DNA from: a virus
Strand: one strand, 5' to 3'
DNA length: 64,000 nt
Virus record (IMG/VR): IMGVR_UViG_3300026189_001009
Coordinates: 1 to 64,000 of that record
In this document: positions 17,902 to 28,495 of the stretch, in pieces
Position numbering within the stretch: position 1 is the stretch's first letter
How the letters are laid out: each line of letters opens with the position of its first letter
The notes under the pieces: model-generated
Databases searched by the model: none
Seen by the model: the letters and a program-made list of their open reading frames with translations, nothing else
What the model was told of the DNA's origin: nothing
Program-made: the position numbers and the translations under genes

Positions 17902-18989
17902 TGACATGGGTCAATAGATATAACGCTAAAGAAAATCTTCAAACAGTTACTGAAACAAAAGGACCTTGGATAAACGGAAAGTTTGATGCAAGAATGTCTG
18001 GCGGTTGTAACATTTTTGGTTATGATACTACCATATGGGAAAATGTTAAGAAGCAAGAGTTGTTTATGTTTAGCACAGCAGAATATAAAGCTGATCAATA
18101 TGAAGAACTAGCAAAACTATTAAAATACAAAAGCCTTAATGGAGTATACTATTCAGGATCATCAGGAAGTGATGCAGTTGAAACAGCAGTAAGAATAGCA
18201 TTTGATGTTAACAAGAAAAATAAAATTGTTTCAAGACAATCCACATGGCACGGCGGAACTATATTATCTAGTAGTTTAGGCAATCATAGATACTTTAAAA
18301 ATTATGAGTCCATGTATACAACTAATGTTGTACGTAAACCAATGCCTGACAATCCACCATACACTAACCTAAGTGAACTGGTAGCAAGTGATTTAGAGTT
18401 TTTAAAACAGCAAAAAGATGTTAGTGCATTTATTTGTGAACCACTACCAACTTGGAGTCATGGTCTCAAGTATAAATTTGATAGATCTGATTGTTATAAT
18501 GAATTACGAGAATATTGTGATAAGAATGAAATTGTTTTAATTTTTGATGAAGTAATGACAGGATTCAAAACAGGAAAAAGATACTTCACTGAATATCTAG
18601 ATATTGAACCTGACTTATTATGCTTGTCAAAAGGTATTACAGCAGGTGTAATACCGTTCAGCACAGTACTTGGAAGAACAGACTACTTAGAAAAGTTACA
18701 GCACGGACACACATGGTCCGGACATTATTTGGGCGTTGTAGCCGCAATTGAAACTGTAAAACAGGTTAACAAGTGGCAATCTAATATATTAGACATGAAT
18801 AAACAGTATGGACATTACTTTGACAACGTATTAGGGTGTTTTTTTAGCACAGATACTAAGAATGTAAGGTTTAGTGATAAAGTAATATATGTACATAAAA
18901 ATATTACAGGAGCAACAGTATTTACTTTGCCGCTAAATATACAAAAAGAAGACTTTGATTTTTTAGTAAAAGAAGTTATAATACAATAA
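17901..18989 (+). CDS. class III PLP aminotransferase (divergent)
   Basis: SGSDAVETA, WHGGT, IFDEVMTGF, DLLCLSKGITAG, HGHTWSG. Confidence 0.88.
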   Translation: MTWVNRYNAKENLQTVTETKGPWINGKFDARMSGGCNIFGYDTTIWENVKKQELFMFSTAEYKADQYEELAKLLKYKSLNGVYYSGSSGSDAVETAVRIAFDVNKKNKIVSRQSTWHGGTILSSSLGNHRYFKNYESMYTTNVVRKPMPDNPPYTNLSELVASDLEFLKQQKDVSAFICEPLPTWSHGLKYKFDRSDCYNELREYCDKNEIVLIFDEVMTGFKTGKRYFTEYLDIEPDLLCLSKGITAGVIPFSTVLGRTDYLEKLQHGHTWSGHYLGVVAAIETVKQVNKWQSNILDMNKQYGHYFDNVLGCFFSTDTKNVRFSDKVIYVHKNITGATVFTLPLNIQKEDFDFLVKEVIIQ

Positions 18990-19802
18990 ATGAATATGGA
19001 AAAAACAAACTATTTTAAATGGATGCTATTCTTCTCGCAGGTTATTGCACATCTGAGCATAATTCCTATGATTATGTACGGCACATGGATACATTGGACA
19101 ATAGCATTCTTTGTATATTTCATGACAGGCTGTTTTGGAATGACAATGACATTTCACAGATTGTTATCACATAAAAGTTGGAATGCTCCAAAATGGTTTT
19201 ACAAGTTTGGTACACTATGTGGGTTTTATGGACTTACAGGCTCAAGCATTGGTTGGGTAGCAGTACACAGAGAGCATCATCATCATACAGATAAAGAAGG
19301 TGATCCTCATTCGCCTAGACATCACGGATTTTTTAAAGTACAATGGTTGAGTATGTTTGAAACACCAAAACCAAAATATGCGATACATTTGATAAGAGAC
19401 AAGTTTCATATGTTTTTGCACAGATGGTATTTTCAGTTACATCTTTTAATAGCAGGAGTTTGGTTAATGATCGACCCAATGCTATTAGTGGCCGCTTATC
19501 TATTTCCTGCAATGGTGCTTTGGAATGCAGGCTCGTTTATTAATACTTTGACTCATATGTTTGGTTATAGAAATTATGATACAACAGATGATTCAACAAA
19601 TATACCTGTGTTGGGTATATTAATGTGGGGTGAAGGTTGGCACAACAACCACCATGCTAATCCTAATGATCCTAGTTTTAAAAGAAAGTGGTGGGAGTTT
19701 GATGCCGGAGGATTCTTTATTAAATTGCTTTCGCAAGATAAAGTAACAAATGAATTTAAACATAAGAACAATGCTACTGGTACAGGAGAAATAGTAAAAT
19801 GA
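18990..19802 (+). CDS. delta-9-type fatty acid desaturase
   Basis: His boxes FHRLLSH, HREHH..DPHSP, GEGWHNNHH. Confidence 0.93.
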   Translation: MNMEKTNYFKWMLFFSQVIAHLSIIPMIMYGTWIHWTIAFFVYFMTGCFGMTMTFHRLLSHKSWNAPKWFYKFGTLCGFYGLTGSSIGWVAVHREHHHHTDKEGDPHSPRHHGFFKVQWLSMFETPKPKYAIHLIRDKFHMFLHRWYFQLHLLIAGVWLMIDPMLLVAAYLFPAMVLWNAGSFINTLTHMFGYRNYDTTDDSTNIPVLGILMWGEGWHNNHHANPNDPSFKRKWWEFDAGGFFIKLLSQDKVTNEFKHKNNATGTGEIVK

Positions 19803-20536
19803 CAACAGTAAGAAGAAAATATCAGTTACCTAGTGTAGCACCTATTCCTGGAATTAAATTTGATATTGATAAGTTAAGAGAAGAAGTATCTAGATTAAAC
19901 AGTGAATGGGTAAATGTATTCCAAGCTAATAGAGGATTGTGTGCAACACATGAAGAACTAGCCAATGACAACTATCATCATTTTGATCAAGTCAATTTAA
20001 CTTACTATGAAAAATCTTTAACTGATGTACTAGACTTAACTGATCTTAAAAAAGAATGTAAAGTAAGAGCAAACAGTGACGACTTAGGAAAAACAAGAAT
20101 ACAAAAATACAGAACAAAAATTACAAGAGCAGAAAATTTGCCACCTGCTATGAATGAACATAACTGGTATCACCCTTTACCAATATACCAAGGTTCATAT
20201 TTAAAAGAGGCAATTGAAAATCAATTTAATGCAACACCAATTAGAGTTAGACTTACAAGAATACGTGCTGGAAAATACTTAACACCTCATATTGATTATG
20301 GACCAGAATATGCAATTAGAGTCATAGTACCAATACAAGGTACAAGTGGTGTTTATAATAAAGTTTGGCGTAAAGGCGTAGAAGAAGAATATGAAATGCC
20401 TGCAGATGGTTCAGCATACTTTTTAAATGTTGGATTAAAACATTCAGTTGAACACAGAGGAGATGAAGATAGAATTTCGTTGATGTTTTCTTTACCAACA
20501 CAAGAAGATATCGAAACACTAACCTATGAGGAGTAA
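19799..20536 (+). CDS. Asp/Asn beta-hydroxylase-like Fe(II)/2OG oxygenase
   Basis: RVRLTRI...LTPHIDY, ADGSAYFLN...HSVEH...DRISL. Confidence 0.7.
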   Translation: MTTVRRKYQLPSVAPIPGIKFDIDKLREEVSRLNSEWVNVFQANRGLCATHEELANDNYHHFDQVNLTYYEKSLTDVLDLTDLKKECKVRANSDDLGKTRIQKYRTKITRAENLPPAMNEHNWYHPLPIYQGSYLKEAIENQFNATPIRVRLTRIRAGKYLTPHIDYGPEYAIRVIVPIQGTSGVYNKVWRKGVEEEYEMPADGSAYFLNVGLKHSVEHRGDEDRISLMFSLPTQEDIETLTYEE

Positions 20537-20544
20537 TAATAAAA

Positions 20545-21357
20545 ATGATAGTACCGTTAAAGAGTACAGAACAAATACTAGAAGCAACACCAGATAAGTT
20601 AAAAGAAATAGCAACAGCAATTCACAAAGAAGGATGTGCTGTATTCTATGAACAAGAATTTAATGAATCGCAAATCATTGAAATGCAAAAACGGTTTGGT
20701 GAGTGTGAAGCACCCGGTCAGTTTATGAATCCAAAAGATTATCCAGAACTATTTCTAGTTACTGGTAAAAAAGTAGATGGTAAGAAAATTGGAATGTTTG
20801 GAGATACTGAATTAGGATGGCATTCGAATGGTAATTCTAGACACTTGATTGATAAAATTTTAATTAGTCTATATTGTATTACTGAAGATATTAACACAAC
20901 GTTAAGTGTGTGTCATACATCAAAACCATTTTATGATTTAAGTAAAGACGAACAAGAGTACTGGAAGTCAATTAAAATTAGATTGAAATTTCAAAACAAC
21001 ACAATCTATGACTTAGAAGAAGATGATCCAGAATTAGAATTTATGAGTAAGAACAAAGGTAGTATTAGGAATCTTGTCGATAAACACCCTCACACAGGAG
21101 AATACTATTTTTATTTTCCATACCATTTCATCATAAAAGCATGGGAAGGCAAAACATTAATTGATCATAAAGAAATGATTGAAAAACTAAAACCAATTAT
21201 TTTTAAATCAAAATATCAGTATCACCATATATTTAAAAAAGGTGACTTATTGATGATGGATCAGTTTACAAGTCTACATAGAAGAACACCTGTGCTAGAT
21301 AACAACAGATTGTTATGGAGACTAGCATCGGACTTTAAGAATATCTATAAGGACTAA
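20545..21357 (+). CDS. TauD/TfdA-family dioxygenase
   Basis: ELGWHSNG, LVDKHPHTG, GDLLMMDQFTSLHRR...RLLWR. Confidence 0.8.
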   Translation: MIVPLKSTEQILEATPDKLKEIATAIHKEGCAVFYEQEFNESQIIEMQKRFGECEAPGQFMNPKDYPELFLVTGKKVDGKKIGMFGDTELGWHSNGNSRHLIDKILISLYCITEDINTTLSVCHTSKPFYDLSKDEQEYWKSIKIRLKFQNNTIYDLEEDDPELEFMSKNKGSIRNLVDKHPHTGEYYFYFPYHFIIKAWEGKTLIDHKEMIEKLKPIIFKSKYQYHHIFKKGDLLMMDQFTSLHRRTPVLDNNRLLWRLASDFKNIYKD

Positions 21358-21359
21358 TC

Positions 21360-22016
21360 ATGAACGAAATACTATGGCCTAAGATCGATGGCAAGCCAGT
21401 AACTTGGAAAGTTAAAATGAAAAAAGAATATTTCATTGAAGATATGGGATATCTAGATTCTAAAGTTGCAAGACCAATTTTTGATAAACAAGCTGAAATC
21501 ATAATTGAAAACAAGTCAAAAGGCATAGTCGATATTGGTTGTAGAATGGGAATTGTAAATCCATTATTACATAAGCTAGGTTATACTGACTATAACTATA
21601 TGGGATTTGATACATCACCAATACCTATTGATCAAGCTAATAAAGATTGGAAAGATTATAAAAACATCGAGTACAGAGTTGGCACATGGGATGATGAAGA
21701 AGTTTTAAAAGTAAACTTTGATGTTGATACACTAATAATGAGTGGTGTATTAATTTATTGTCAACCATGTCATGAAGAATTTTATGCAGAGTCTGGACAT
21801 CATACAGATCTATTTGATAGATTAGTTAATTACTATAAGCCAAAAAATGTTATTATACAAGAAACACTCGCTGAACAAACAAATATACATGAAGATAATA
21901 AACATGAAACAATTGATTTATCTCATTATAGAAGTTTTGATCATAAGTTTTACGAGTTTGATTTAGATATGTGGCTAGGACATAGAGCAGTGATTGACGT
22001 AAGGATATCTAAATGA
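21360..22016 (+). CDS. class I SAM-dependent methyltransferase
   Basis: IVDIGCRMG, YMGFDTS, SGVLIY. Confidence 0.8.
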   Translation: MNEILWPKIDGKPVTWKVKMKKEYFIEDMGYLDSKVARPIFDKQAEIIIENKSKGIVDIGCRMGIVNPLLHKLGYTDYNYMGFDTSPIPIDQANKDWKDYKNIEYRVGTWDDEEVLKVNFDVDTLIMSGVLIYCQPCHEEFYAESGHHTDLFDRLVNYYKPKNVIIQETLAEQTNIHEDNKHETIDLSHYRSFDHKFYEFDLDMWLGHRAVIDVRISK

Positions 22017-22618
22017 AAACAATAGCATTAGGTTGTAGTGCATCACCTGACAGTATGAATCATAAAGGATTACAGATAATTGACAATTACTGTGAGTTTG
22101 ATAGCATTGATAGTTTAGCAAATTATAATATTCCTGTAATTAATACAAGTGCATCTGATGGAGTTGTACCAAATGAAGTTGATAGATTAATTACAAAATT
22201 ATTTGAATATGATAAGTTTGTATTTGCTGTACCAGAAATGACTGGACAAATGGGTGCGGCATTTAAAAACTTTTTAGATTGGCTGGTAGTAAAAGGATAC
22301 ATGAATTCAAATTTGGGTACAGCATACCCAATTAGTAAAAAAGATATTGTATTATTAACTTTTACTCCTGCAGGTAGTGAAGGTGGATCAAGACATTTCC
22401 CAAAAACAAAAGAAATTTTAATTAAATTAGGAGCAAATGTAGTTTATACGAAATGTTTTAATAATTGTTGGAAAGAATTACTGCCAGAAAATTATGAACA
22501 TTATAAAAAAGACGCAGAAATTATCAAACGATATTTGTCTTATACAAATAAAACAGGTAATGGTTGGCAAACAAAATATTTAGATTGGTTGAATAAATGG
22601 AATACTTTAAAGAATTAA
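22013..22618 (+). CDS. NAD(P)H-dependent FMN reductase
   Basis: FAVPEMTG...FKNFLDW, GG motif. Confidence 0.8.
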   Translation: MKTIALGCSASPDSMNHKGLQIIDNYCEFDSIDSLANYNIPVINTSASDGVVPNEVDRLITKLFEYDKFVFAVPEMTGQMGAAFKNFLDWLVVKGYMNSNLGTAYPISKKDIVLLTFTPAGSEGGSRHFPKTKEILIKLGANVVYTKCFNNCWKELLPENYEHYKKDAEIIKRYLSYTNKTGNGWQTKYLDWLNKWNTLKN

Positions 22619-23184
22619 ATTTAGATTTAGCAAAACAGTTTAATGAAGTATATGACTTCTTAGAATCTTCAAATGAAGAATTTAAAAATGTTAATTATTA
22701 TGGTGAGTTTGGTTATGGTGTTTTTACAAGTTTTTTTAAAGAAAACAACTTCAAAGAACTAGCAGAGTTTTCAGAAAATCATAAAGACTATTTGAGTAAT
22801 TATATGAGAATGTTAACAACAGCACCTGTAGACAGTGATAAAAGAAGTGGATATAGTATACATTTAGAAAAATGGACAGCACATTTAAACTGCTCTATGT
22901 TTGGTATGAATAAAGATGCAGTTAGTTGTTGGTATAAACCAAAAGATATTGAAGTCGTGAAAGAAAAACAAGTAGAAACAGATGAAGCATGGTATTGTCA
23001 AGACAGCAGTTTATTTGAATTGGTCGAAAGTCATGTTTTATTAGATAAGTCTATGTTATTTAGAGCCAATGCATATCACACAGTGCATAATAACAGCAAT
23101 GAAAAAAGATGTGTAGTTAGCTGGCCTTTTAAAGAATTAGACTGGGATAGGATAGTAGAGTATGCAGGAAAAAACTTTAATTAA
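22597..23184 (+). CDS. hypothetical cupin/2OG-like protein
   Basis: HLE...LFRANAYHTVHN...RCVVSW resembles the paralogous oxygenase family. Confidence 0.5.
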   Translation: MEYFKELNLDLAKQFNEVYDFLESSNEEFKNVNYYGEFGYGVFTSFFKENNFKELAEFSENHKDYLSNYMRMLTTAPVDSDKRSGYSIHLEKWTAHLNCSMFGMNKDAVSCWYKPKDIEVVKEKQVETDEAWYCQDSSLFELVESHVLLDKSMLFRANAYHTVHNNSNEKRCVVSWPFKELDWDRIVEYAGKNFN

Positions 23185-24136
23185 TTTAGACGACATCAGC
23201 AATGAAACATTTGGTGTGAGTAAAGCACTACACCCACCGATTGACTCTGTTGTTAAAAATGAGTTATCTTATAAAACTTATGGTGATTATATTGAAAGCA
23301 CCAACGAAAATTCTAAAACTTCATCGTCAAAAAGAAGAGATGATTGGGCTAATTGTCAACTAGAAGTACGTAATTATTTAAAGCCACTAGTTAATTTAGA
23401 AGAGTTTATCTTTTCATATCCTACAAATGGTATACATGAAAGTATTGATTGGATGTGCAATAAAGTAGAAGAGTATCAAGTTTTCAAAGGAGAGTATAGA
23501 TATTCTTCTTTTATTAAGAAGCCAGTTAATATTGCAACAACTGTAGAAGATGTGATGCCGGGTGTTCCTTTGTATATGAGCAATCCTTTTAGTGCTACAG
23601 GTAACTTTGATAAAAGATATGACGAAGTAGGAAAAAGAGGTGATGTACCAATATATTTAGATATGGCATTCGCAGGTACAACAGGAGAACATAATATTAT
23701 ATTGCATAGTAACGTAAGAGAAGTGTTTTGGAGTTGTTCTAAACCATATGGAGTAGGATTGTTGAGAGCAGGAATTAGATTTAGTAGAAAAGAAGAACCA
23801 ATACAGAGAGAACTACAAGGTGTGGGTTATTTTAATCATGCAATGATAGATGTGTTCAATGCAGTAACTTCTACCAGCAGTGTATTTGCAAAGAAAAAAG
23901 AATATAAAGAATTACAAGAGCAAGTATGTAAAAAATTTGATCTTACGCCAAGCGACTCTTATATTGTAGCAACATCAAGAGATGAACAATGGGACAGATT
24001 TAAAAGAGAAAATGGAATTAATAGAATATGTCTTACATCAGCATATGAAAAAATAGCAGACAGCTCAAACGATGAACCAAAAAATAGATTAGAACAAATG
24101 GAAATGCTTGGTGATGATATAGTGATGGGATGCTAA
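23162..24136 (+). CDS. PLP-dependent fold-type I enzyme (aminotransferase I/II-like)
   Basis: YMSNPFSATG, LDMAF, SCSKPYG...RAGIR. Confidence 0.7.
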   Translation: MQEKTLINLDDISNETFGVSKALHPPIDSVVKNELSYKTYGDYIESTNENSKTSSSKRRDDWANCQLEVRNYLKPLVNLEEFIFSYPTNGIHESIDWMCNKVEEYQVFKGEYRYSSFIKKPVNIATTVEDVMPGVPLYMSNPFSATGNFDKRYDEVGKRGDVPIYLDMAFAGTTGEHNIILHSNVREVFWSCSKPYGVGLLRAGIRFSRKEEPIQRELQGVGYFNHAMIDVFNAVTSTSSVFAKKKEYKELQEQVCKKFDLTPSDSYIVATSRDEQWDRFKRENGINRICLTSAYEKIADSSNDEPKNRLEQMEMLGDDIVMGC

Positions 24137-24705
24137 CTATGAATGATTATCCATTTTCAAAAAAATATTTTCAAAAGATTGATGGTATTGATATAGATCA
24201 TAAGAAATTAATTAGAACATATTATGATTTAGATATTGACGGAATACAAAAAAAGTGTGAGTATCAAGTACATATACATCATACAGGTATTGAAGATCCG
24301 GAAAAACAAGTTGCTGATTTTAAAGCCAGTAACGGTGCTCCGGCAATGTTTCAAGAGAATGATTTTATACACATTGCTGATATATTTAAAAATACCTACA
24401 TTGAAACAGTAATTGATAAAGTTTCAGAACATTTCAAAGATGAATTTTTAGTATGTAGAGGTAGATTTATTTCGATGGGACCACAGAAATGTTTATTATG
24501 GCATAACGATCAGTACCCAAGAGTACATATACCTATCTTTTCAAATCCAGGTGCAAGAATGATTATTAATGATGATGTATTTCATTTAGACGTAGGCAAT
24601 GTTTGGTTTACAGATACAAGACAACAACATTCAGCCTTTAATGCAAATATTGAAAGAAGAAGAATTCATGCAGTATTTGTTTTGTATCCAAAGGAGTCTA
24701 ATTAA
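24130..24705 (+). CDS. Asp/Asn beta-hydroxylase-like Fe(II)/2OG oxygenase
   Basis: WHND...RVHIPIFSNP...DTRQQHSAFN...RIH. Confidence 0.75.
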   Translation: MLTMNDYPFSKKYFQKIDGIDIDHKKLIRTYYDLDIDGIQKKCEYQVHIHHTGIEDPEKQVADFKASNGAPAMFQENDFIHIADIFKNTYIETVIDKVSEHFKDEFLVCRGRFISMGPQKCLLWHNDQYPRVHIPIFSNPGARMIINDDVFHLDVGNVWFTDTRQQHSAFNANIERRRIHAVFVLYPKESN

Positions 24706-25343
24706 TGACTGAGTTTAGAGTAGAAAGATATGCAAGACAACGATCTAAATTCAAACATTTGATTGAAGAATTTAGATTAGAAACTTTTAAAGAAGGAAAT
24801 GAGAGTTTATCATATGAGAAATATGATCCTGATTATGCTGACTTAGAAACTTGGATGGTGTTCGCTGACGATAAATTAATATCAATTAGTGCTGTAGAAT
24901 CATCTCACTATACAGGCGACTCACATATTGCGGCAAGAGTTTGTCGATATCATATTTTAAAACCATGGAGATTTACACACTGTGGATTGATGATGGCTGA
25001 CAGTCAAATTGAATGGGCTAGAAATGAAGGCTTCCAAATATTATATTGTACACATGATGTGGCAAATAAAGCCATTAATGCTTTGTATCAAAGAAAAAGA
25101 CAGATGACTGATCCTGCTTTTAAAAAGTGGACAAACACTGAATGGTATATAAACCTACAATTAGAAAAGAATTTTCTATTTAAAGTATCACCTAAAACTG
25201 ATTTCTTACAGTTTGTTTATAGTATTAATTTAAATGACAAAGAATTTAAGTGGAAACCTAAAAAAAACATAGTATGGTATGAACACGATGGTGAAAACAT
25301 CAATCCAGATCATGTTTTAGAAATTGGAAAAGTTGTACATTAA
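24705..25343 (+). CDS. GNAT-like acyltransferase (divergent)
   Basis: KLISISAV, ARVCRYHILKPWR..G, WARNEGF.ILY, N...ALYQ pattern. Confidence 0.5.
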   Translation: MTEFRVERYARQRSKFKHLIEEFRLETFKEGNESLSYEKYDPDYADLETWMVFADDKLISISAVESSHYTGDSHIAARVCRYHILKPWRFTHCGLMMADSQIEWARNEGFQILYCTHDVANKAINALYQRKRQMTDPAFKKWTNTEWYINLQLEKNFLFKVSPKTDFLQFVYSINLNDKEFKWKPKKNIVWYEHDGENINPDHVLEIGKVVH

Positions 25344-25344
25344 C

Positions 25345-25372
25345 TTGACTTTGTACATTTTTCTGTTATAAT
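25345..25372 (+). promoter_or_regulatory. sigma70-type promoter for clpP
   Basis: TTGACT-N16-TATAAT with extended TG. Confidence 0.65.
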
Positions 25373-25396
25373 AATGGAAAGAAGGATATAATAATT

Positions 25397-25987
25397 ATGA
25401 GCAATTTAATACCAATGGTTGTAGATCAAACCTCTAGAGGCGAAAGAAGCTATGACATTTATTCAAGACTATTAAAAGAAAGAATAGTTTTTGTAACAGG
25501 ACCAATAGATGATAATGTTTCTAGTGTAGTTTGTGCCCAATTACTATTTTTAGAATCACAAGATCAAAATAAAGAAATTTTTATGTACATTAATTCACCG
25601 GGCGGAGTTGTAAGCTCAGGATTAGCTATGTACGATACAATGCAGTATATTAAACCAGAAGTATCAACAGTATGTGTTGGGCAGGCCGCATCGGCTGGAT
25701 CATTACTATTAATGGCAGGTGCACCTGGTAAAAGAATATCATTGCCTCATTCAAAAATTATGATACACCAACCATCAGGTGGTTTCTCAGGACAAGCAAC
25801 TGATATACAAATTCATGCACAAGAAATACAAAGAACTAAAAAAACGTTAAACGATTTATATGTTAAACACTGTGGCAAAGATCTTAAAACAATCGAAGAT
25901 GCTATGGAAAGAGACAACTACATGAATCCAGAAGAAGCATTAAAATTTGGATTAATTGATAAAATTGAAACTTCACGTGATGTGTAA
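25397..25987 (+). CDS. clpP: ATP-dependent Clp protease proteolytic subunit
   Basis: [30 protein letters not shown] (Ser), IMIHQP (His), ERDNYM (Asp). Confidence 0.97.
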   Translation: MSNLIPMVVDQTSRGERSYDIYSRLLKERIVFVTGPIDDNVSSVVCAQLLFLESQDQNKEIFMYINSPGGVVSSGLAMYDTMQYIKPEVSTVCVGQAASAGSLLLMAGAPGKRISLPHSKIMIHQPSGGFSGQATDIQIHAQEIQRTKKTLNDLYVKHCGKDLKTIEDAMERDNYMNPEEALKFGLIDKIETSRDV

Positions 25988-26685
25988 TGTCATACGATAT
26001 ATTTCATTTAAGCTACAAAGAAACCTATGCAGATGATACTTACTCGTCTTTAAAACAAAAGTTCCCATGGGCTAGAAGAGTCAAAGGAGTTAAAGGAATC
26101 TTCAATGCTCATCAGCAATGTTCAAGACAAGCATATACAGAAATGTTTTATGTAGTTGACGCTGATGCTGATTTAAATTCTAACTTTGATTTTTCTTATA
26201 AGCCAGACATATATGATCTAGATAAAATTCATGTATGGAGATGTCAAAATCCAGTTAATAATTTAGTATATGGATATGGTGGAGTAAAGTTATTTCCAAC
26301 AGCACCTTTAAAAAATGCAACAGATTGGCACATTGATTTTACAACATCTGTTGGTGGTAGTAACAAATTTAGGCCAATGCCAGCAGTTAGTAACACAACC
26401 AGGTTCAACACAGATCCTTTTAATACATGGAAAAGTGCATTTAGAGAATGTACTAAACTATCAAGCAAAATCATTGAAGGACAGAAAGATGATGAGACAG
26501 ATGCCCGACTAAATATTTGGTGTACTGAGGGAGAGAGCAAACCACACGGAAAGTACGCAATTCATGGAGCAAAAGAAGGCAGAGATTTCGGCTTGAAATA
26601 TAGGAACGATTCTGCTAAACTAAACTTAATAAACGATTTTGAGTGGTTAAAGGCTCAATTCGAGGAGAAATATAATGCTGACTAA
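25987..26685 (+). CDS. glycosyltransferase-like protein
   Basis: FYVVDADA DxD, NPVNNLVYGYGGVKLF, WKSAFREC. Confidence 0.6.
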   Translation: MSYDIFHLSYKETYADDTYSSLKQKFPWARRVKGVKGIFNAHQQCSRQAYTEMFYVVDADADLNSNFDFSYKPDIYDLDKIHVWRCQNPVNNLVYGYGGVKLFPTAPLKNATDWHIDFTTSVGGSNKFRPMPAVSNTTRFNTDPFNTWKSAFRECTKLSSKIIEGQKDDETDARLNIWCTEGESKPHGKYAIHGAKEGRDFGLKYRNDSAKLNLINDFEWLKAQFEEKYNAD

Positions 26686-27391
26686 TTACGATGAGTTTCA
26701 TGATTTTTTTGAAAGATCTGCAATATTATCTGGAACAGAGTATCATAATGATTATATGAAAACTATTAGGTTTTTTCCTGAAGCCAATTGGAAAGATGCG
26801 TTTAGTAGAGGACAGTTAAGAAGTAAACAATGGATAGTCGACACACTACAACATTTAAATAAACCGCTAGGTACTGTATACCTTTGTGCAGGTTGGTATG
26901 GTACTTTAGCATATATGCTTTTTCAAAGTAATATCAGTGTAGATAGAATTAGAAGTTTTGACATAGATGAGTCTTGTTGGAGAATTGCTGAAAGACTAAA
27001 CAAGAAGTATGTAGATCAGGGTTGGAGATTTAAAGCATCAACAGGTGATATACATGATATAACATATTCAAATCAATATGCAGGTAACAGACATTTTACT
27101 ACTATGAGAAACAATGGCACACCAGTAGCAACATGGGATCCAGGAGATCCAGATACGATTATCAACACTAGCTGTGAACACATTAGAAATTTTAATTCTT
27201 GGTATAATGCTATACCTCAAGGTAAACTTTTAATTTTACAAAGTAATAACTTTTTTAAAATTGAAGATCATGTTAATTGTTACAATAATGTACAAGAATT
27301 TATAACTGATTGTCCTATGTCTGAACTACAATTCGCTGATGAACTTGATTGCGGTGAATACAACAGGTTCATGATCATAGGACGAAAGTAA
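26675..27391 (+). CDS. class I SAM-dependent methyltransferase-like protein
   Basis: LCAGWYG, IRSFDID, IINTSCEH, LQSNN. Confidence 0.75.
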   Translation: MLTNYDEFHDFFERSAILSGTEYHNDYMKTIRFFPEANWKDAFSRGQLRSKQWIVDTLQHLNKPLGTVYLCAGWYGTLAYMLFQSNISVDRIRSFDIDESCWRIAERLNKKYVDQGWRFKASTGDIHDITYSNQYAGNRHFTTMRNNGTPVATWDPGDPDTIINTSCEHIRNFNSWYNAIPQGKLLILQSNNFFKIEDHVNCYNNVQEFITDCPMSELQFADELDCGEYNRFMIIGRK

Positions 27392-28470
27392 TGTACAATT
27401 ACGAAGACATTAGAACAATACATCTTGAAATAACTCAAAAGTGTCAAGCGGCTTGTCCTATGTGCGACCGTAATATGAACGGTAAAGGAATTAATCCTCA
27501 TATCAATCTTAATGAATTAAAATTAGATGATTGTAAAAAAATTTTTACTCCTAGTTTCGTATCTCAGTTGAAGAAGATGTATATGTGTGGTAACTTAGGA
27601 GATCCTATTGTTGCAGACGACACACTAGAAGTATTTGAATATTTCAGGCAACACAATCCAAACATATGGTTGAATATGCATACCAACGGTGGTGCTAAAA
27701 AACCTGACTGGTGGAAACAGTTAGCAAAAGTAATTGGTGAAAATGGCGATGTTACTTTTAGTGTAGATGGATTAAAAGATACTAATCATCTATATAGACA
27801 AAATGTCAATTGGGATATAGTTGATCAATCAATGAGAGCTTATATAGAAGGCGGCGGAAAAGTTAGATGGGACTACTTAATTTTTGATCATAATCAGCAT
27901 CAAGTCGAAGAAGCAAAACAATATGCAGAATCAATTGGAGTACATAAATTCCAAGCAAAAAAAACTGGAAGATTTATTTCAGCAAGTAGTGAAAAGAAAG
28001 ACCAACACCAAGCAGTTAGTAGAAAAGGTAAGGAAACAACGTTACTTAAAAAGCCAGATGAAAAATATCAAAATAAAGAATTATCAAAACAAGAATTACT
28101 AATACAAAAATATGGATCAATGGACAAGTATTATGATAAGGCATCAATATGGTGCAAAGTAAAAGATGAAGGTAGCTTGTATATTAGTGCAGAAGGATTA
28201 GCATTACCTTGTTGTTGGACAGCAGGTCGTATGTACAAGTGGTGGCATAAAGATCCTAAAGTAGAACAAATATGGAATTACATTGACTCAGTAGGTGGTA
28301 AGCAAAATTTAGATGCAACGCAAAATGGATTACAACAAGTTTTTAAATCAGGTATATTTGATCAAATTGAACAAAGTTGGAACATCGATGGTTGCAGTAA
28401 CGGTAAATTAAAAGTGTGTGCAATGAAGTGTGGAACAGGGTTTGATCCGTTCACATCTCAATTTGCATGA
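27391..28470 (+). CDS. radical SAM protein, C-terminal Twitch/SPASM-like
   Basis: CQAACPMC; C-terminal C...PCC...CAMKC. Confidence 0.9.
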   Translation: MYNYEDIRTIHLEITQKCQAACPMCDRNMNGKGINPHINLNELKLDDCKKIFTPSFVSQLKKMYMCGNLGDPIVADDTLEVFEYFRQHNPNIWLNMHTNGGAKKPDWWKQLAKVIGENGDVTFSVDGLKDTNHLYRQNVNWDIVDQSMRAYIEGGGKVRWDYLIFDHNQHQVEEAKQYAESIGVHKFQAKKTGRFISASSEKKDQHQAVSRKGKETTLLKKPDEKYQNKELSKQELLIQKYGSMDKYYDKASIWCKVKDEGSLYISAEGLALPCCWTAGRMYKWWHKDPKVEQIWNYIDSVGGKQNLDATQNGLQQVFKSGIFDQIEQSWNIDGCSNGKLKVCAMKCGTGFDPFTSQFA

Positions 28471-28495
28471 TTTAAAATAAGGTAAGTATAGTAAA

